Below are positions 1 to 13,196 of a DNA stretch of 64,000 bases, in pieces (within the stretch, counting starts at the first letter, position 1; every line of letters begins with the position of its first letter). The notes beneath the pieces were generated by a model. It did no database searches, was not told the DNA's origin, and saw nothing but the letters and a program-made list of their open reading frames with translations. The position numbers and the translations under genes were made by a program. The DNA is from Octopus vulgaris (taxonomy: Eukaryota), in the NCBI GenBank assembly GCA_951406725.2, contig OX597819.1:2356001-2420000 (forward strand), in the 5' to 3' direction.

Positions 1-162
1 TTTACAATTGTTTACTTCACTGCAAGCATACTAATGAATTTCATTTGAACTAAATTCTTTTCCGCTTCCGCGAAATAAATCATTGGTTTGAAATATTTTT
101 CATCTTATGGAATTTATTGCAACCCATATAGAATAACTTTATTTTAATAGAGACTAACTTAC

Positions 163-293
163 CATTTTGTTAAACTTTTCAGGTTCTGGCTTGGTCTGAC
201 ATTTTCTACCACTGATGTGTAAAAGTATGTTAATTAAATCTACTGTCACAGCAATATCTAATATTGATTTTTCAGAGTGGTTTGAGATTATTT
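163..293 (-). CDS. iGluR-like gene exon 7; the gene continues beyond the left edge
   Basis: Acceptor ATTCAG| and donor ATG|GTAAGT; 131 nt, phase 1-0. Reads EIISNHSEKSILDIAVTVDLINILLHISGRKCQTKPEPEKFNKM, similar to the 'Al.yDav.++' helix. Confidence 0.82.
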
Positions 294-595
294 CTGAATA
301 ATAAAAATAAAAATAGTTTCATAAAATAAAGGGTAAATGACATTTTCATTTATTTATTATGCGTGAAGTTTAATTAGTTGATCGCCAGCGCATGCATATT
401 TTGGCTAATTATATTTCATAACTAAAGTAACACGAATATTTTATGCAAGAGCATTTATATTAAGGTGGTTATAAATGCTGCATGAGCTCAATCAAAAACA
501 TCATATGTATCAAATCTATAATATCTAAATTAATCAAAATATATTATTTAGAAATATGTGTTCTGCTGATTCTAAACATGAACGTGCTTACTAAC

Positions 596-686
596 CTTTT
601 GGAATCATCGATTCATTGACTAGTTCCAATCCATAAATATTGGTCAAAGATTTATCAGAAATCGTACTTTCAAGGGCACGAAAATT
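596..686 (-). CDS. iGluR-like gene exon 6
   Basis: Acceptor TTTTAG| and donor AAAG|GTTAGT; 91 nt, phase 0-1. Reads NFRALESTISDKSLTNIYGLELVNESMIPK, similar to the iGluR 'N+tG+.L+' strand. Confidence 0.85.
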
Positions 687-2324
687 CTAAAATTAAATTA
701 AATATATTTAATTTTTTTTTTTAATCCGTGATAATGAAACAATGTTTTCTTAGATGTATTAATTTCAAGCAACTATCTATTTTCTGGTAGGTCGGCATCA
801 CGTAAAATCCACTGCTCACACAATATCTCCAAATATGGCTAAATTATGAATAAGATATCATGTATAATGTGTAATTAATTTAATGATTTGCATTATTATT
901 CGAACAAAAATTTTATTTCTTAATAACACATGAAATTAGATATTTAGAGGGAAGGGAAAACGCAAATGTTTCTCTTATAGCATTTACGTTACTGACGCAA
1001 GTGAAAGGGAACCTATATTCACGTTTATTTTATTGGAAACTTTCGGCTGTGTCCCATCAAACTAGATTAAAATACTTCAGGAAAATATTGATGGGACATT
1101 TTTACATTTACAATCCAATTAATCGTTCGTGTTACAGAAATATATGCTTTTAGTAATACATAATTGCATCTTCACATCTACTCCACAATCTATTGTGCAT
1201 GTGATGGCAAAAAATATTTATATAAATGACCTGGCACTTGCAGTTTCTTCTTGATATGATGATTCTTAACTGGAACCATTTTCAATGCTTGTATAATAGA
1301 ATTACTTTCTATCATTCCTCCATCTAACATGCAGTACACCGATCGAACAAAATTTGTTGCCGCTCAAAAAGAAGGTGTGATCTATCGTGACGACGTGATC
1401 AGAGACCTATTACAGGCTCATCATGATACCACAATAATATATTCTCACACCTATATTTCTTTACCTTCAGAAAGATATTAATAGAATGCTAAAATGATGA
1501 CTTAAATGTGTATTGGTAAGAAGGTAGCTTACATCACTATTCAATTTTACGTTGCACACACACATACACATATATGCATGTATATATGCTCATAGAGTTT
1601 ATCTCTATGATATATAATCCTTTCATCTGATATTACAGATCGCTATTTACCTTTGCAAAGGGACTTCAAATTCCACGGAGAAGTACTCATGCAAATGTAT
1701 TGGAGAAAAGCAAAACGGAAATAAATATTAAATTCAGAACCGGGAAACATCTCTTTCGAGAATATCTTGGTAACAAGAAATCATATGGTTTTCAAAAAAG
1801 TAGTATGGACGAGTTTGAGAAACTAGGTAAAATACTACGCAATTTAAGGAGAGCAAAGTGAGTGGGGTTGTCGAAAATATATCAATAGAAAGATACAATG
1901 GAAAGAGGTATGTAAATGGAGAAATATATAGACGAAGAACTATTTCTAGCCTCTTAATCGAGGAATATACTCCTTCGTTTACTCACCTCTTTCTATATCT
2001 GTGTTTATCTATAGATGATCGGGGGATTAAGAGGCCACAAGTAGTTACAACATGCGTAAGAAAACTACGTGAGATCATCTATGTGATTAAATCTTTGAAG
2101 TAGATTGACATGGAGGGTGGTAAGTAGAATTGATTGGGTATCAAATAATCCATATAGGTTAGCAAAGAAAACATTTTTTAATCTTGTAAAAAATTCTAAA
2201 AGAGTCATTGAAAAAGAAGACAGTAAATGAGTCGCAGACATTAAAAGAACTGGATGATAGAGAGAAAGAATGGGAGATAGAAAGTAAGCGTGTGTGTGTG
2301 TGTGTGTGTGCATGAGTGTGTGCA

Positions 2325-2364
<40 letters not shown>

Positions 2365-2559
2365 AGTGTGCATGCGCGCATGTGTGTGTGATGGGAAAGT
2401 CATGGAGTGGGTGTTACTGGTTACTAGTTTAAGAGCCATCCTAGTCCATGTACTGTGATAGTTCAGAAGGTTCCAAACATAAGCACATACTTTAGATTTT
2501 TATGATAATAGCTACAATAAAGCTAACAAACATTATAACTAGAATTGTAGACATATTAT

Positions 2560-2960
2560 GATAATGATAACAATGATAAGGATAACAGCCACGTAACTAG
2601 CAACTCTTTACAAGGATACACCATAATATGAATATTAACAAAACAATCAATTGCACAACTGGGACCCACTTCAAAAATAACAATAACCGCCAACGTAGGG
2701 ATAGCAACCCTACTAAGAAGACCGACGACAGAGATATCAACCAAACCTATATGAGCTGCAGTTTCAGTAAGCCCAGTTTGTACTCGCTTAACTCTAAATA
2801 TCTTGAAAGTAATATTGCATAGCAATGTAGAGTTATCATCAACAACACAAGCAGAACGTACATAGGTCTCATCATTGACTTTTTAAAAGCCGTATATGGC
2901 CGTTACAAACATATAAGCAACTATAGTGTGAAATAAAATATATATAACAGATATATTGAA
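2560..2960 (+). mobile_element. Degenerate Penelope-like element fragment (linker/GIY-YIG region)
   Basis: Remnants such as 'RTYIGL...FKSRIWPLQT' resemble the GIY-YIG pieces at 4790 and 22336; heavily decayed. Confidence 0.4.
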
Positions 2961-3229
2961 AAGAAGAATTTATGTATGCGCTAAATTTTAATGCATGTCC
3001 CGATGCCGTAAATCACTAAGCAATAAACGTAGTTCTTTTTAGTAAAACAAACTATAAATATAAGAATTTTTCTTACATGAACGATTATAACAGCCATCAA
3101 TTTGCCACATCCAAAATCAATTTTCTTTGACAAAACTGTACTTTATATTACGTTGTGTTGTACCAAAGAACCAAATTCACTAATATCAAACATTTAAAAG
3201 AAATTTAATCAAAAACTTCCTTAACTTAC

Positions 3230-3283
3230 CAGATATGTTACAAACCAATTGAGTTCTCCGAATAAAAGATGCATGTCTTTCGC
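3230..3283 (-). CDS. iGluR-like gene exon 5 (54-nt exon, not in the ORF track)
   Basis: Acceptor TTTTAG| and donor CTG|GTAAGT; phase 0-0. Reads AKDMHLLFGELNWFVTYL, matching the iGluR ATD segment 'A...gm.....hy/W++T.L'. Confidence 0.85.
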
Positions 3284-3391
3284 CTAAAATGTTACCAGAA
3301 TTAAATTAGAAAATACATATGAGGATGTACGTATGTATGCATATATACACACGGACATATTTATATATATAAATACATACATATATACATA

Positions 3392-3469
<78 letters not shown>

Positions 3470-4779
3470 AGAGAGAGAGAGAGAGAGAGAGAGTGAGAGA
3501 AAGAGAGAGAGAGAACAAAGGGATTTTCAACCTGGACAAAATATTTCATAAGCTCTCTATTGACACACCAGGCTTACAATATGACTTAGATTAGTGAAGA
3601 ACTCTAGGTTATCCTATGGTAGGATCCAAGATTATGGTTCATCACAATTCTATATATTAAATCCGTGGATGGGTTGACTCGTTTTTACACATAGTGGTAT
3701 ATAAGAAACAAGTTAAAAAATAATGATCATTGCATATATTTCCTTTATTGGACCAAATTTGGCTTACAACTGTTTTCAATAGTCATTATAGGTACATTAT
3801 CGATAAGTTTACTCATTTGCTCCATTGATTAATTGAGGAAAATTGAACGAGCTAAGAAAATGAATGCTACTTTCATCAGCTATTTCTGGTTATAAGAAGC
3901 TGAGTACTGGGGAAGAGGGGAGAAGATGGAAACATGAAAGTAGAATAGAAAACAGATGAAGACAGGTTACAAAGGGGGGTAAGTAGGAGCACGTACTAGA
4001 ACCAGGAGCATTGCCTTGCCAAATTTGGAAGAGGGACAGTCCTTCCCGATATTAGAGAAGAATTCCACTCACACGCCCCGCCTGAGCACAGATACAGCCG
4101 TATCTCCTCTAGAAAGAAAGTTAAGGTTTCATACTCCACCCTCCCAGATCTAGACTCGACAATGGCGGGTTTGAATAAACGAAATATTGCATTAGTAACA
4201 ATGAAACAACAGTAGAAAATAAAAATAAATATAACAAGCGTAACGTATATTCGAAGTTGTTCCTTAATGCTAGCAATAATAATGCTACCTCTAATCGTAG
4301 CACCCCATCTGTACCAGCGGTATGAATGGGGTTGTACTTAATACTAGTAGTAGTAGCAGCAGCAATGGACTGCTTGGAACTGTAAGTAACGACAGCTTTG
4401 GATTATCACGCTCGAGCGCACATACCGCCAGGAGTCATGACCGACACTTGGTTGAATCATGGTGTTACCCTCCTACGCCTTTGTACTACCAACTGGGTAA
4501 TATCAAATAGTGTAAACACTCCGTATGCAGTTAATGAAACTAGGAAGCAGGATGCCATCTTAGTGGCCCCTGACCTGCTGTCTCGTGACTATAATGGTAT
4601 TAGTTATTTTATTTATAAAATTTCAGGTGTGATGAATCATAACGGGGCGATCGATGGCCTTGGTATGCATAAAATGATAACAGCATTTTACAAAGTCTTT
4701 ATTAGCGTCCATGGTAACTACCTAGGCATTTAGAGTAATACTCACAATAGTAATACTCAATAATAATATTGGCAATGAG

Positions 4780-5210
4780 GCATATAATAACAAGGTGACC
4801 CCTAATAATTGCAAAAGTCGCGATAAAACGAATTGTCCACTTAGAGGAGACTGTTTAACTAAATATATGTACACTATAACTGACACTAATGCATTTACCT
4901 ACATAGGTTGTTCTTGTGACTTCAAGGCGAGATTGTGCAGTCATGTTTCCTCGTTACGACACACACATAAGGCCAATAATACCTCATTATCTATGAAAAT
5001 TTGACATCTTAAGGACAATAATGTTAAATTTGATATTATATAGAACATCATTTGTAGGGCTCGACTGTACTCTAATAACAGATATGGATGCAAACTACGC
5101 TGCACTGAGCTACATGGAATATTAAAGAATAAAGATAATGAGAACTTAATAGTAGATGGGAACATTGATTATCGTGTATTCATAAAATTCGTCGTGCATT
5201 GAAATACCTT
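4780..5210 (+). mobile_element. Penelope-like (Naiad-type) GIY-YIG endonuclease remnant
   Basis: CKSRDKTNCPLRGDCL...YIGC.CDFKARLCSHVSSLRH...NNTSLS: a Cys-rich motif before GIY-YIG, typical of PLEs. Contains stops and frameshifts. Confidence 0.75.
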
Positions 5211-5440
5211 AAACAGGTTACACAGTCCTCTAGTCCCTGGGTGTTTAATCACTACCGATCACCCTATTCACTTGCACCTCTTATCCCTGCTCTTCGAACA
5301 TAATTATTAACGTATGCAGGTCACATACCCGACCTGTCTTCCCACATATTTGGTGACATTTGATTGTTATAATATACCCGTTACATTTGTATAATCACCG
5401 AACTGATTAACCCTATTGATTATTTATACACAGGTCTTAT

Positions 5441-5658
5441 TACTCTTTTACTCTTTTACTTGTTTCAGTCATTTGACTGCGGCCATGCTAGAGCAGCGCC
5501 TTTAGTCGAGAAAATCGAACCCGGGATTTATTCTTTGTAAGCCCAGTACTTATTATATCGGTCTCTTTTGCCGAACCGCTAAGTGACGGGGACGTAAACA
5601 CACCAGCATCGGTTGTCAAGCAATGCTAGGGGGACACACACAGACACACAAACATATC

Positions 5659-5707
<49 letters not shown>

Positions 5708-5994
5708 ATATTATATATATAAATTTATATAGTTTATTATATCGGTCTATTTATACTATATAAATAGTAATGCAATACGAGAGTATTGCTTTCCAGTAAA
5801 GAATAGCCCGTGAGTGAAAATTATACATAGAAGTAAATATATGGCACAACGAAGTACTGATATTTACTGGAAAATAGCGAACGTAATAAATACGACGCTA
5901 ATGTACAGCTTCACCGTATTTATTAGCGTCGTATTTATTACGTTCGCTATTTTCCAGTAAATATCGGTACTTCGTTGTGCCATATGTTTATTTC

Positions 5995-6081
<87 letters not shown>

Positions 6082-6230
6082 GACAGCTTCTTCTTTCAGT
6101 TTCCGTCTACCAAATCCACTCACAAGGCATTTGTCGGCCCGAGGCTGTAGCAGAAGACACTTGCCCAAGATGCCACACAGTGGGACTGAACCCGGAACCA
6201 TGTGGTTGGTAAGCAAGCTACTTAACACAC
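5441..6230 (-). mobile_element. tRNA-derived SINE (octopus OK/OR-like) with internal microsatellite, interrupted by a hairpin insertion
   Basis: Reverse complement of the head GGTAAGTAGCTTGCTTACCAACCACATGGTTCCGGGTTCAGTCCC and the tail ...CAAATGACTGAAACAAGTAAAAGAG; same family as 15809-16185. Confidence 0.85.
5822..6002. repeat. 81-bp inverted repeat with a 19-nt loop
   Basis: Arms 5822-5902 and 5922-6002 are reverse complements with 3 transition mismatches. Confidence 0.95.
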
Positions 6231-6819
6231 ACCCTATTATATGGTGTTCTTTGCAAATTTAGCCTTCCTATCTCTTATTTTGTTTTCGCCTTGGGTTTTA
6301 TTTTGTCCTTTATTTAAATTTAATGGGTTCATTAAGCTTATTTATAAACTCGAAATCCTTATCTTATTATATTATATTGCATATTCCGTCTTTCACTGTA
6401 TAGTCTTCCTCGGTATATATTCTTAAATATTTTCATATTTGAACTTTCATATGCTTACACTACTGATTTGACGTGATATAATATAAATATTAATTATTAA
6501 TATGGATATTTAAATTTACATTTAGAATTTAAAATTTATTATTTATAATTTATAATAGATAATAGATATGTGCATTCTGCTTCTTATCATTTTGATATCT
6601 ATTGTACACTTCTAATTCTTACAACATCTGTAATACCCTTATCATGTTTATAATTTATCTCATACATATATCTAGGACACTGGCCTTCATTTATTTAAGC
6701 CTCCGCTTTGTAGTTTTTATATTTTTATCATTGTAATTTTTATAATTATAGTATAGTTAGTGCGTCTTTATATATATATATTTATATATATATATATAGA
6801 TATATAGATATATATATAC

Positions 6820-6870
<51 letters not shown>

Positions 6871-7264
6871 TATATACATATATATATACATACATCTATA
6901 TTTTTATGTATATATTTCATTTATTTTTTATCTTTATAATTTTTAATAACTTTTTATTTCTCATATATTTTTTGTACCTTCAGTTTTTTACTTTTATTCT
7001 CTATAGTCTTTTTATATCTTTTTATATATTTATTTTTTATTATTTATTGCTTTATTTAATTTTATTTATTTGGTCTGTAAGGCCACTTAACATCTGATGC
7101 ATACGGGTGAGAATAGGTGTGATTTATCGCTTAAGTTATTGTGTGCATTGATACATACATATATTTGCTGTGACATGAATGAGTGAAGTTTTGGTATAAA
7201 CGATGTATATGTATAAGTATAGTAATGTGGTGGTTTTAAAGATGTAAGTACAGTTGGAAGACTT

Positions 7265-7875
7265 GCGTTCTTAGCCGCTTGGGTTACTGCTCTCAACTTT
7301 GGTCCCCAGAGATTGTGGAACTCGAAGCCATCCGGCGCCAATACACAAAGAAGATTGACTCGATGCAAAAGATGGGATACAGGGAAAGGCTAAGGAAGCT
7401 GAGTCCCTATTCCTTGGAGAGAAGACGAGAGAGAGATGCAGTGATATATATTTCGAAGATCTTGGAGTGTTTAGCTCACAATTTTTGAATTGACAGCTAT
7501 ACCAGTCCTCGAACTGGACAGCAGTGCATCATACCAAAGATCCTGTCTTCCCCATCTAAAATAAGGACACAATACTGCAATAGTCTGGGTTTCAAGGGCC
7601 CGCAATTGTTCAACATCCTGCCAGGCAACCTTAGAAATTGACATATTGTTTATGTGCACGTTTTCGAGGAACATCTGGACAGGTTTCTATCTGAGATACC
7701 AGATGGAGCCACATCGTGGCAGGAGACGCAAAGAAGAGCAGCTCCGTCCAGCTTGCTACATCGCTAAAAACACTACCGGAAACAAAACACAAACTCCGAG
7801 TAACTACAGGTGGTGCACCAACATGACCTTAACCCCGGGCTGAAACCAGAGAAAGATAGAAGATAAAAGATAGAA
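7265..7875 (+). mobile_element. 5'-truncated CR1/L2-group LINE 3' end
   Basis: WSPEIVELEAIRRQYTKKIDSMQKMGYRERLRKLSPYSLERRRER is the typical post-RT segment of CR1-group ORF2; short (AAAGAT)-like tail. Confidence 0.8.
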
Positions 7876-7964
7876 GATGTATTTAGATAGTTCTGGTGGA
7901 TACCGATATTATTCGTAAGTATGTATGTGGTTGTGTAGTGTAATTGCGTGTATTGATATATGAG

Positions 7965-8290
7965 CTCGTGTATGTATGTATGTATGTATGTATGTATGTA
8001 TGTATGTATGTATGTATGTATGTATGTATGTATGTATGTATGTATGTATGTATGTATGTGTGTGTATGTATGTATGTATGTTTGTATGTATGTATGTATG
8101 TATGTGCGTATGTATGTATGTATGTGTGTGTATGTATGTATGTGTATGTATGTATGTTTGTATGTATGTATGTATGTATGTGCGTATGTATGTATAAGTG
8201 TGGTCATAAATATATATGCGCGTGTGTGTGTGTATATATTTATATGTATATGTATATGCATATATCTATATATATGTATATGTAGGTGCG
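7965..8290. repeat. (TATG)n microsatellite
   Basis: Seen directly. Confidence 0.95.
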
Positions 8291-8312
8291 TGTGTATACA
8301 TATATATTCTCT

Positions 8313-8485
8313 TATTCTTTTACTTGTTTCAGTCATTTGACTGCCATCATACTGGAGCGCCGCCTTTAGTCGAACAAATCAACCCAAGGACTTATTCTTT
8401 GTAAGCCTAGCACTTATCGTATCGGTCCCTTTTGACGAACCAATGTTGATTGTCATGTCATGCGGTGGGGGACACAGACACACAA

Positions 8486-8539
<54 letters not shown>

Positions 8540-8680
8540 GACGGACCCCTTTCAGTTTCCGTCTACCAAATCCATTCACAATGCTTTGGTCGGTCCGTGG
8601 TTATAGCTGTAGACTCTTGCCAAAGGTGCCACCCCGAAACAATGTGACTGGGAAGCAAGCTTGGTACACAGCCACTCCCG
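8313..8680 (-). mobile_element. tRNA-derived SINE copy
   Basis: Carries the family hallmarks CTTTCAGTTTCCGTCTACCAAATCCA and TTGTTTCAGTCATTTGACTG. Confidence 0.8.
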
Positions 8681-8841
8681 GACTACCCGTGACCCGTTAG
8701 GTCACCGGGAAACTCAGTTTCCCAGCAATGGACATTTGTTTCGTGAGTTTTTTTCTTTTCCAGGTCATTTTGCATGCTTTCAACGAATGTGACATCAAAA
8801 CCACGCGGAAACGGCTCCTTTCCCCACCCCCAAAAGGAAAG

Positions 8842-8952
8842 ATTTGGCTGCTATTTCTTGCACACCCTGTAATCATGTAATTGGTAGGTTGGATCCTTTA
8901 TCGCAAATAGTTGTTACGTAGTAGCAATGCTTGCTAGAAATAGCAGCCAAAT
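8842..8952. repeat. Short inverted-repeat element (MITE-like)
   Basis: ATTTGGCTGCTATTTCT ... AGAAATAGCAGCCAAAT forms a 17-bp inverted pair about 110 bp apart. Confidence 0.55.
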
Positions 8953-9046
8953 ATCTGGAGACGAGATAGCGTTGAATGCACTCGAAAAGAAACCTAGAGA
9001 AAAAAACTATTTCACACCAAGGTTACGAAGTTTATGATATATGTGT

Positions 9047-9707
9047 TTATGTATGTATGTATGTATGTATGTATGTATGTATGTATGTATGTATGTATGT
9101 ATGTATGTATGTATGTATGTATGCATGTATGTATGTATGTATGTATGTATGTATGTATGTATGTATGTATGTATGTATGTATGTATGTATGTATGTATGT
9201 ATGTATGTATGTATGTATGTATGTATGTATGTATGTATGTATGTATGTATGTATGCATGTATGGATGGATGGATGGATGGATGCATGTATGTATGTATGT
9301 ATGTATGTATCTGTGTATGTATGTATGTATGTATGTATGTATGTTTGTATGTATGTATGTATGTATGTATGTATGCATGTATGTATGGATGGATGGATGG
9401 ATGCATGTATGTATGTATGTATGTATGTATCTGTGTATGTATGTATGTATGTATGTATGTATGTATGTATGTATGTATGTATGTATGTATGTATGTATGT
9501 ATGTATGTATGGATGGATGGATGGATGGATGTATGTATGTATGTATGTATGTATGTATGTATGTATGTATGTATGTATGTATGTATGTATGTATGTATGT
9601 ATGTATGTATGTATGTATGTATGTATGTATGTATGTATGTATGTATGTATGTATGTATGTATGTATGTATGTATGTATGTATGTATGTATGTATGTATGT
9701 ATGTATG

Positions 9708-9739
<32 letters not shown>

Positions 9740-9785
9740 TGTATGTATGCATGTATGTATGTATGTATGTATGTATGTATGTATG

Positions 9786-9817
<32 letters not shown>

Positions 9818-10200
9818 TGTATGTATGTATGTATGTATGTATGTATGTATGTATGTATGTATGTATGTATGTATGTATGTATGTATGTATGTATGTATGT
9901 ATGTATGTATGTATGTATGTATGCATGTATGTATGTATGTATGTATATGTATGTATGTATGCATGTATGTATGTATGTATGTATGTATGCATGTATGGAT
10001 GGATGGATGGATGGATGCATGTATGTATGTATGTATGTATGTATCTGTGTATGTATGTATGTATGTATGTATGTATGTATGCATGTATGCATTATGCATG
10101 TATGTATGTAAGTATGTGTACATGTATGCATGTACGAATGCAGATGTGTACATGCGTATGCATGTATACACGCATATAGGCATATATGTATGTATGTATG
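9047..10200. repeat. About 1.1-kb (TATG)n array with (TGGA)n interruptions
   Basis: Seen directly; it produces the spurious MYVC/HTYI ORFs. Confidence 0.97.
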
Positions 10201-10666
10201 TACGTATGTATGTATGTGAGCATTTGCGTATGTGCGTATGTGTATATGTGTATGTATTATTAAACGTATGTTTATGTACTGATGCGTGTGTGTGTTCAAG
10301 TTGTATATATGACTGTTACTCTGTCGAAGGTTGTATGTATATATATTTACTGTAAAAAAAAAAGAAATCGTATTTTTTCGTTGTCAAATCAGTCTAATCG
10401 AAAGGTTAGTGTTTCTTCCCTTTCAAGATAAAGTTAAATTCGGAACATTTTCACATTATGCACCGTTTTGGGTGTTTATACCACAATTCCTGAATATCAC
10501 AATATCTACTACTCCAATTGATACGAAACTTATTTCATTCTGTTCCTATTAACATTTCAAGGTAAACTTAATTCATAATATTTTCCCAATATGTGCCAGT
10601 TTGCCTGGGTAACATTGCAAGCAAGCAAGTTTGAAACTGACTTTTAATGTAATATATATATAGAGA

Positions 10667-10875
10667 GAGGCGCAATGGCCTAGTGGTTAGGGCAGCGGAC
10701 TCGCGGTCGCAGGATCGCGGTTTCGGTTCTCAGACCGGGCGTTGTGTGTGTTTATTGAGCGAAAACACCTAAAAGCTCTACGAGGCTCCGGCAGGGGGTG
10801 GTGATCCCTGCTGTACTCTTTCACCACAATGGCGGTGCCCCAGCATGGCCACAGCTCAAGAGCTGAAACTGGAAA
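10667..10875 (+). mobile_element. tRNA(Arg)-like SINE, internally deleted
   Basis: Head GGCGCAATGGCCTAGTGGTTAGGGCAGCGGACTCGCGG with an A box and a B-box-like TTTCGGTTCT; same family as 20320-20818 and 48175-48562. Confidence 0.8.
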
Positions 10876-11176
10876 AACAAAAACAAAACAAAAACAAAAA
10901 AATATATATATATATATATACATATAGTTAGTTGGGAATTTGGGAATAAGTAAGTATATTGATGTTTGTGTAGGAATATATGTGTAAATATATGTGAGTT
11001 GGTGTATATTTTTATGCTTTATGTATGTTTCATTATCATACGTATGTGAAGATATATTGTTGTGTCTGAACGTGTGCATATCATTTATTATTATATGTTC
11101 CTTTTTCTTTGTGCGCAAAGATGTGTGTGGTTTTAATGTGGCAAATTACCCTGCAATAGGTTTCGTATTATCTTTT

Positions 11177-11226
11177 AATACCTGTCCATATGTTTCTTAT
11201 AGCCTGAATTCTGTCGTCAGCTATTT
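11177..11226 (-). ncRNA. Degenerate hammerhead ribozyme-like motif
   Basis: Minus strand reads AAATAG CTGACGA CAG..CTATAA GAAAC ATAT GGAC AGGTATT. The core is intact but stem II and the cleavage triplet are disrupted. Confidence 0.4.
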
Positions 11227-11632
11227 AATGATTAAAAATAAAATAAAACGATTTCATCTTCTGGGAGTTAGAGTGAGTTATCAAATTCTTATTCCCTATT
11301 TGGTATTTGTCCTCCCACTACAAAAGCTTTTTCATTTCCTTCCCTGTTCCAGTCACCCGAATTGTTCTCTATTATAAACAACAAACTAGTGGAAATGTAT
11401 CATTCTCTGGCCGAAGTTCGCCAAGGAATCATGACATGGCACATGCTTGGATTTGTCGGAATGTTTTTTTATGTCTTATTCGTGATGAAAAAGAGGTTTT
11501 TTTTTTTTCGCATGATGTAGTAATTCTATTCATTAATAAAAAAAACACGTCTGAAATAGTCATAGTGAATGAACCACTATCCATTTGTCGTTATTTGCTT
11601 ATATATATGTGTGTGTGTGTGTGTGTGTACAT

Positions 11633-11698
<66 letters not shown>

Positions 11699-12069
11699 TA
11701 ATGAACAAACGAAGGACAGAGACAATCAACACATTTGGCAAGAGTTACATATTTCATTATTTAATAATAATTCCAGTAGTACATTGGTAATCGTTTTTTA
11801 TTTCGTATATTTTCATTTGTTTTGCTTATTTTTTACATTTTGGTTTTTTGCTGAAATTTTTCTTGAGAACACATTCTTCATGATAATGGCGACTTGACGT
11901 CTATGTTTAGCATATAGGGTGTACACTTTAGTGGTCATTCCTCTAAACTTTGCATGTAACACAATTTTTAATCATCGGATTTTTTTAAATATGCTAAGCC
12001 ACTGGTTTTAATTGATTAATATCAATTTCTACCCTTATTATTTAAATTATATCTATCTATATATATATA

Positions 12070-13110
12070 TAGGGTATTCAATTTTTACAAATTTACTACC
12101 AGTGGCCTAGCATGTATCAAAAATCAATAGATGACATATTATTCAATATAAAATAGTGTACAGTTAAACACAAAGAGAACAGGCAATTTCTACACGCTAG
12201 GAGACAGTTGAATGATATGTCGTCTATTGACGTTTTATACATGTTAGGCCACTGGTAGTAAATTTGTAAAACTTTAATAACCTATATAGATATCTAAGTC
12301 TCGATATTAGCTTTTCAAAGTTCGTCTGGGCATTTTTCATTTTCTGCCGACTGAAACTACGATTGCATAGTGATAAAGATGAGACACGTGCTATCAGTCT
12401 CATAATTAAAGGTTAGTCTTTGATGGCTCGGTTACTGAAGAGGATTTGCCTGGTAAATTAAATTATTCTATTTTATTTACTAAAAACCTATAGGTATGAC
12501 CGTGAAAACAAGGTAGAAGTTTTTATTTTTCATTCTTTTTCAAATTGCTCAAATTTTTTTATGGTCTTCGGTCGTTTTTACTATGTCCTAGCGAGTAGAA
12601 ATTGCCTGTAGACTCAATAATAATTGCAATCTAGATAACGTAATTTATAAATGTATAGTAACCTCTAATAATAATAATAACAAAATTAAGAATAAAGAAT
12701 ATATTGGATCCACAGCGAACGAAATTAAAAGAATTTCCCAGCATTATTAGTCTTTCAAACATCCCAAATTTAAAAAATTCGACAGGTCTAAGTAAATACA
12801 TCAGGGATTTAAAATCTAATACAATAGAATGCATTCTTAATTGGTATATAGTTTGTGGAGCGAACTCATATAAAATAGATAAGAGTTTATGAAAATACTC
12901 CAGTCGAGAGAGTTATTATTAAACAGTAATGAAGAGAGAAGAACAAAATGCCGACATAGGAATAGCTTTCCATATGATAAAATGAAAAATATATAAAATA
13001 ATATTAAAAAACTCCCCAGCATATCATCTCCACACACTTATGATGAATATAGTTACTAGAAGTTTTAACAGTATTTATAGTAGTATTATAAACGTATATT
13101 CTAAGAACTA
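12070..13110 (+). mobile_element. Penelope-like element 3' fragments with inverted segments
   Basis: Inverted arms at about 12070-12146/12208-12288 and about 12180-12200/12587-12608. GIY-YIG C-terminal remnant NSTGLSKYIRDLKSN...ILNWYIV at 12704-12892. Confidence 0.65.
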
Positions 13111-13196
13111 AGAATTTATTAAGCAATATCACCCTTTAAATGAATAGACTGGCTACATTTATGTAACATAAATCTTAAAATCTACATTTTAAAAAT

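Noticed and set aside
8976-10355. Long ORFs of 326-459 aa (MYVC/HTYI repeats) and similar YIYI, CVCV and poly-I/L ORFs across the window
   Set aside because: They are translations of stop-free microsatellites, not genes.
10667-10740. tRNA-like heads as genuine tRNA genes
   Set aside because: They lack a complete cloverleaf and continue into multicopy SINE bodies.
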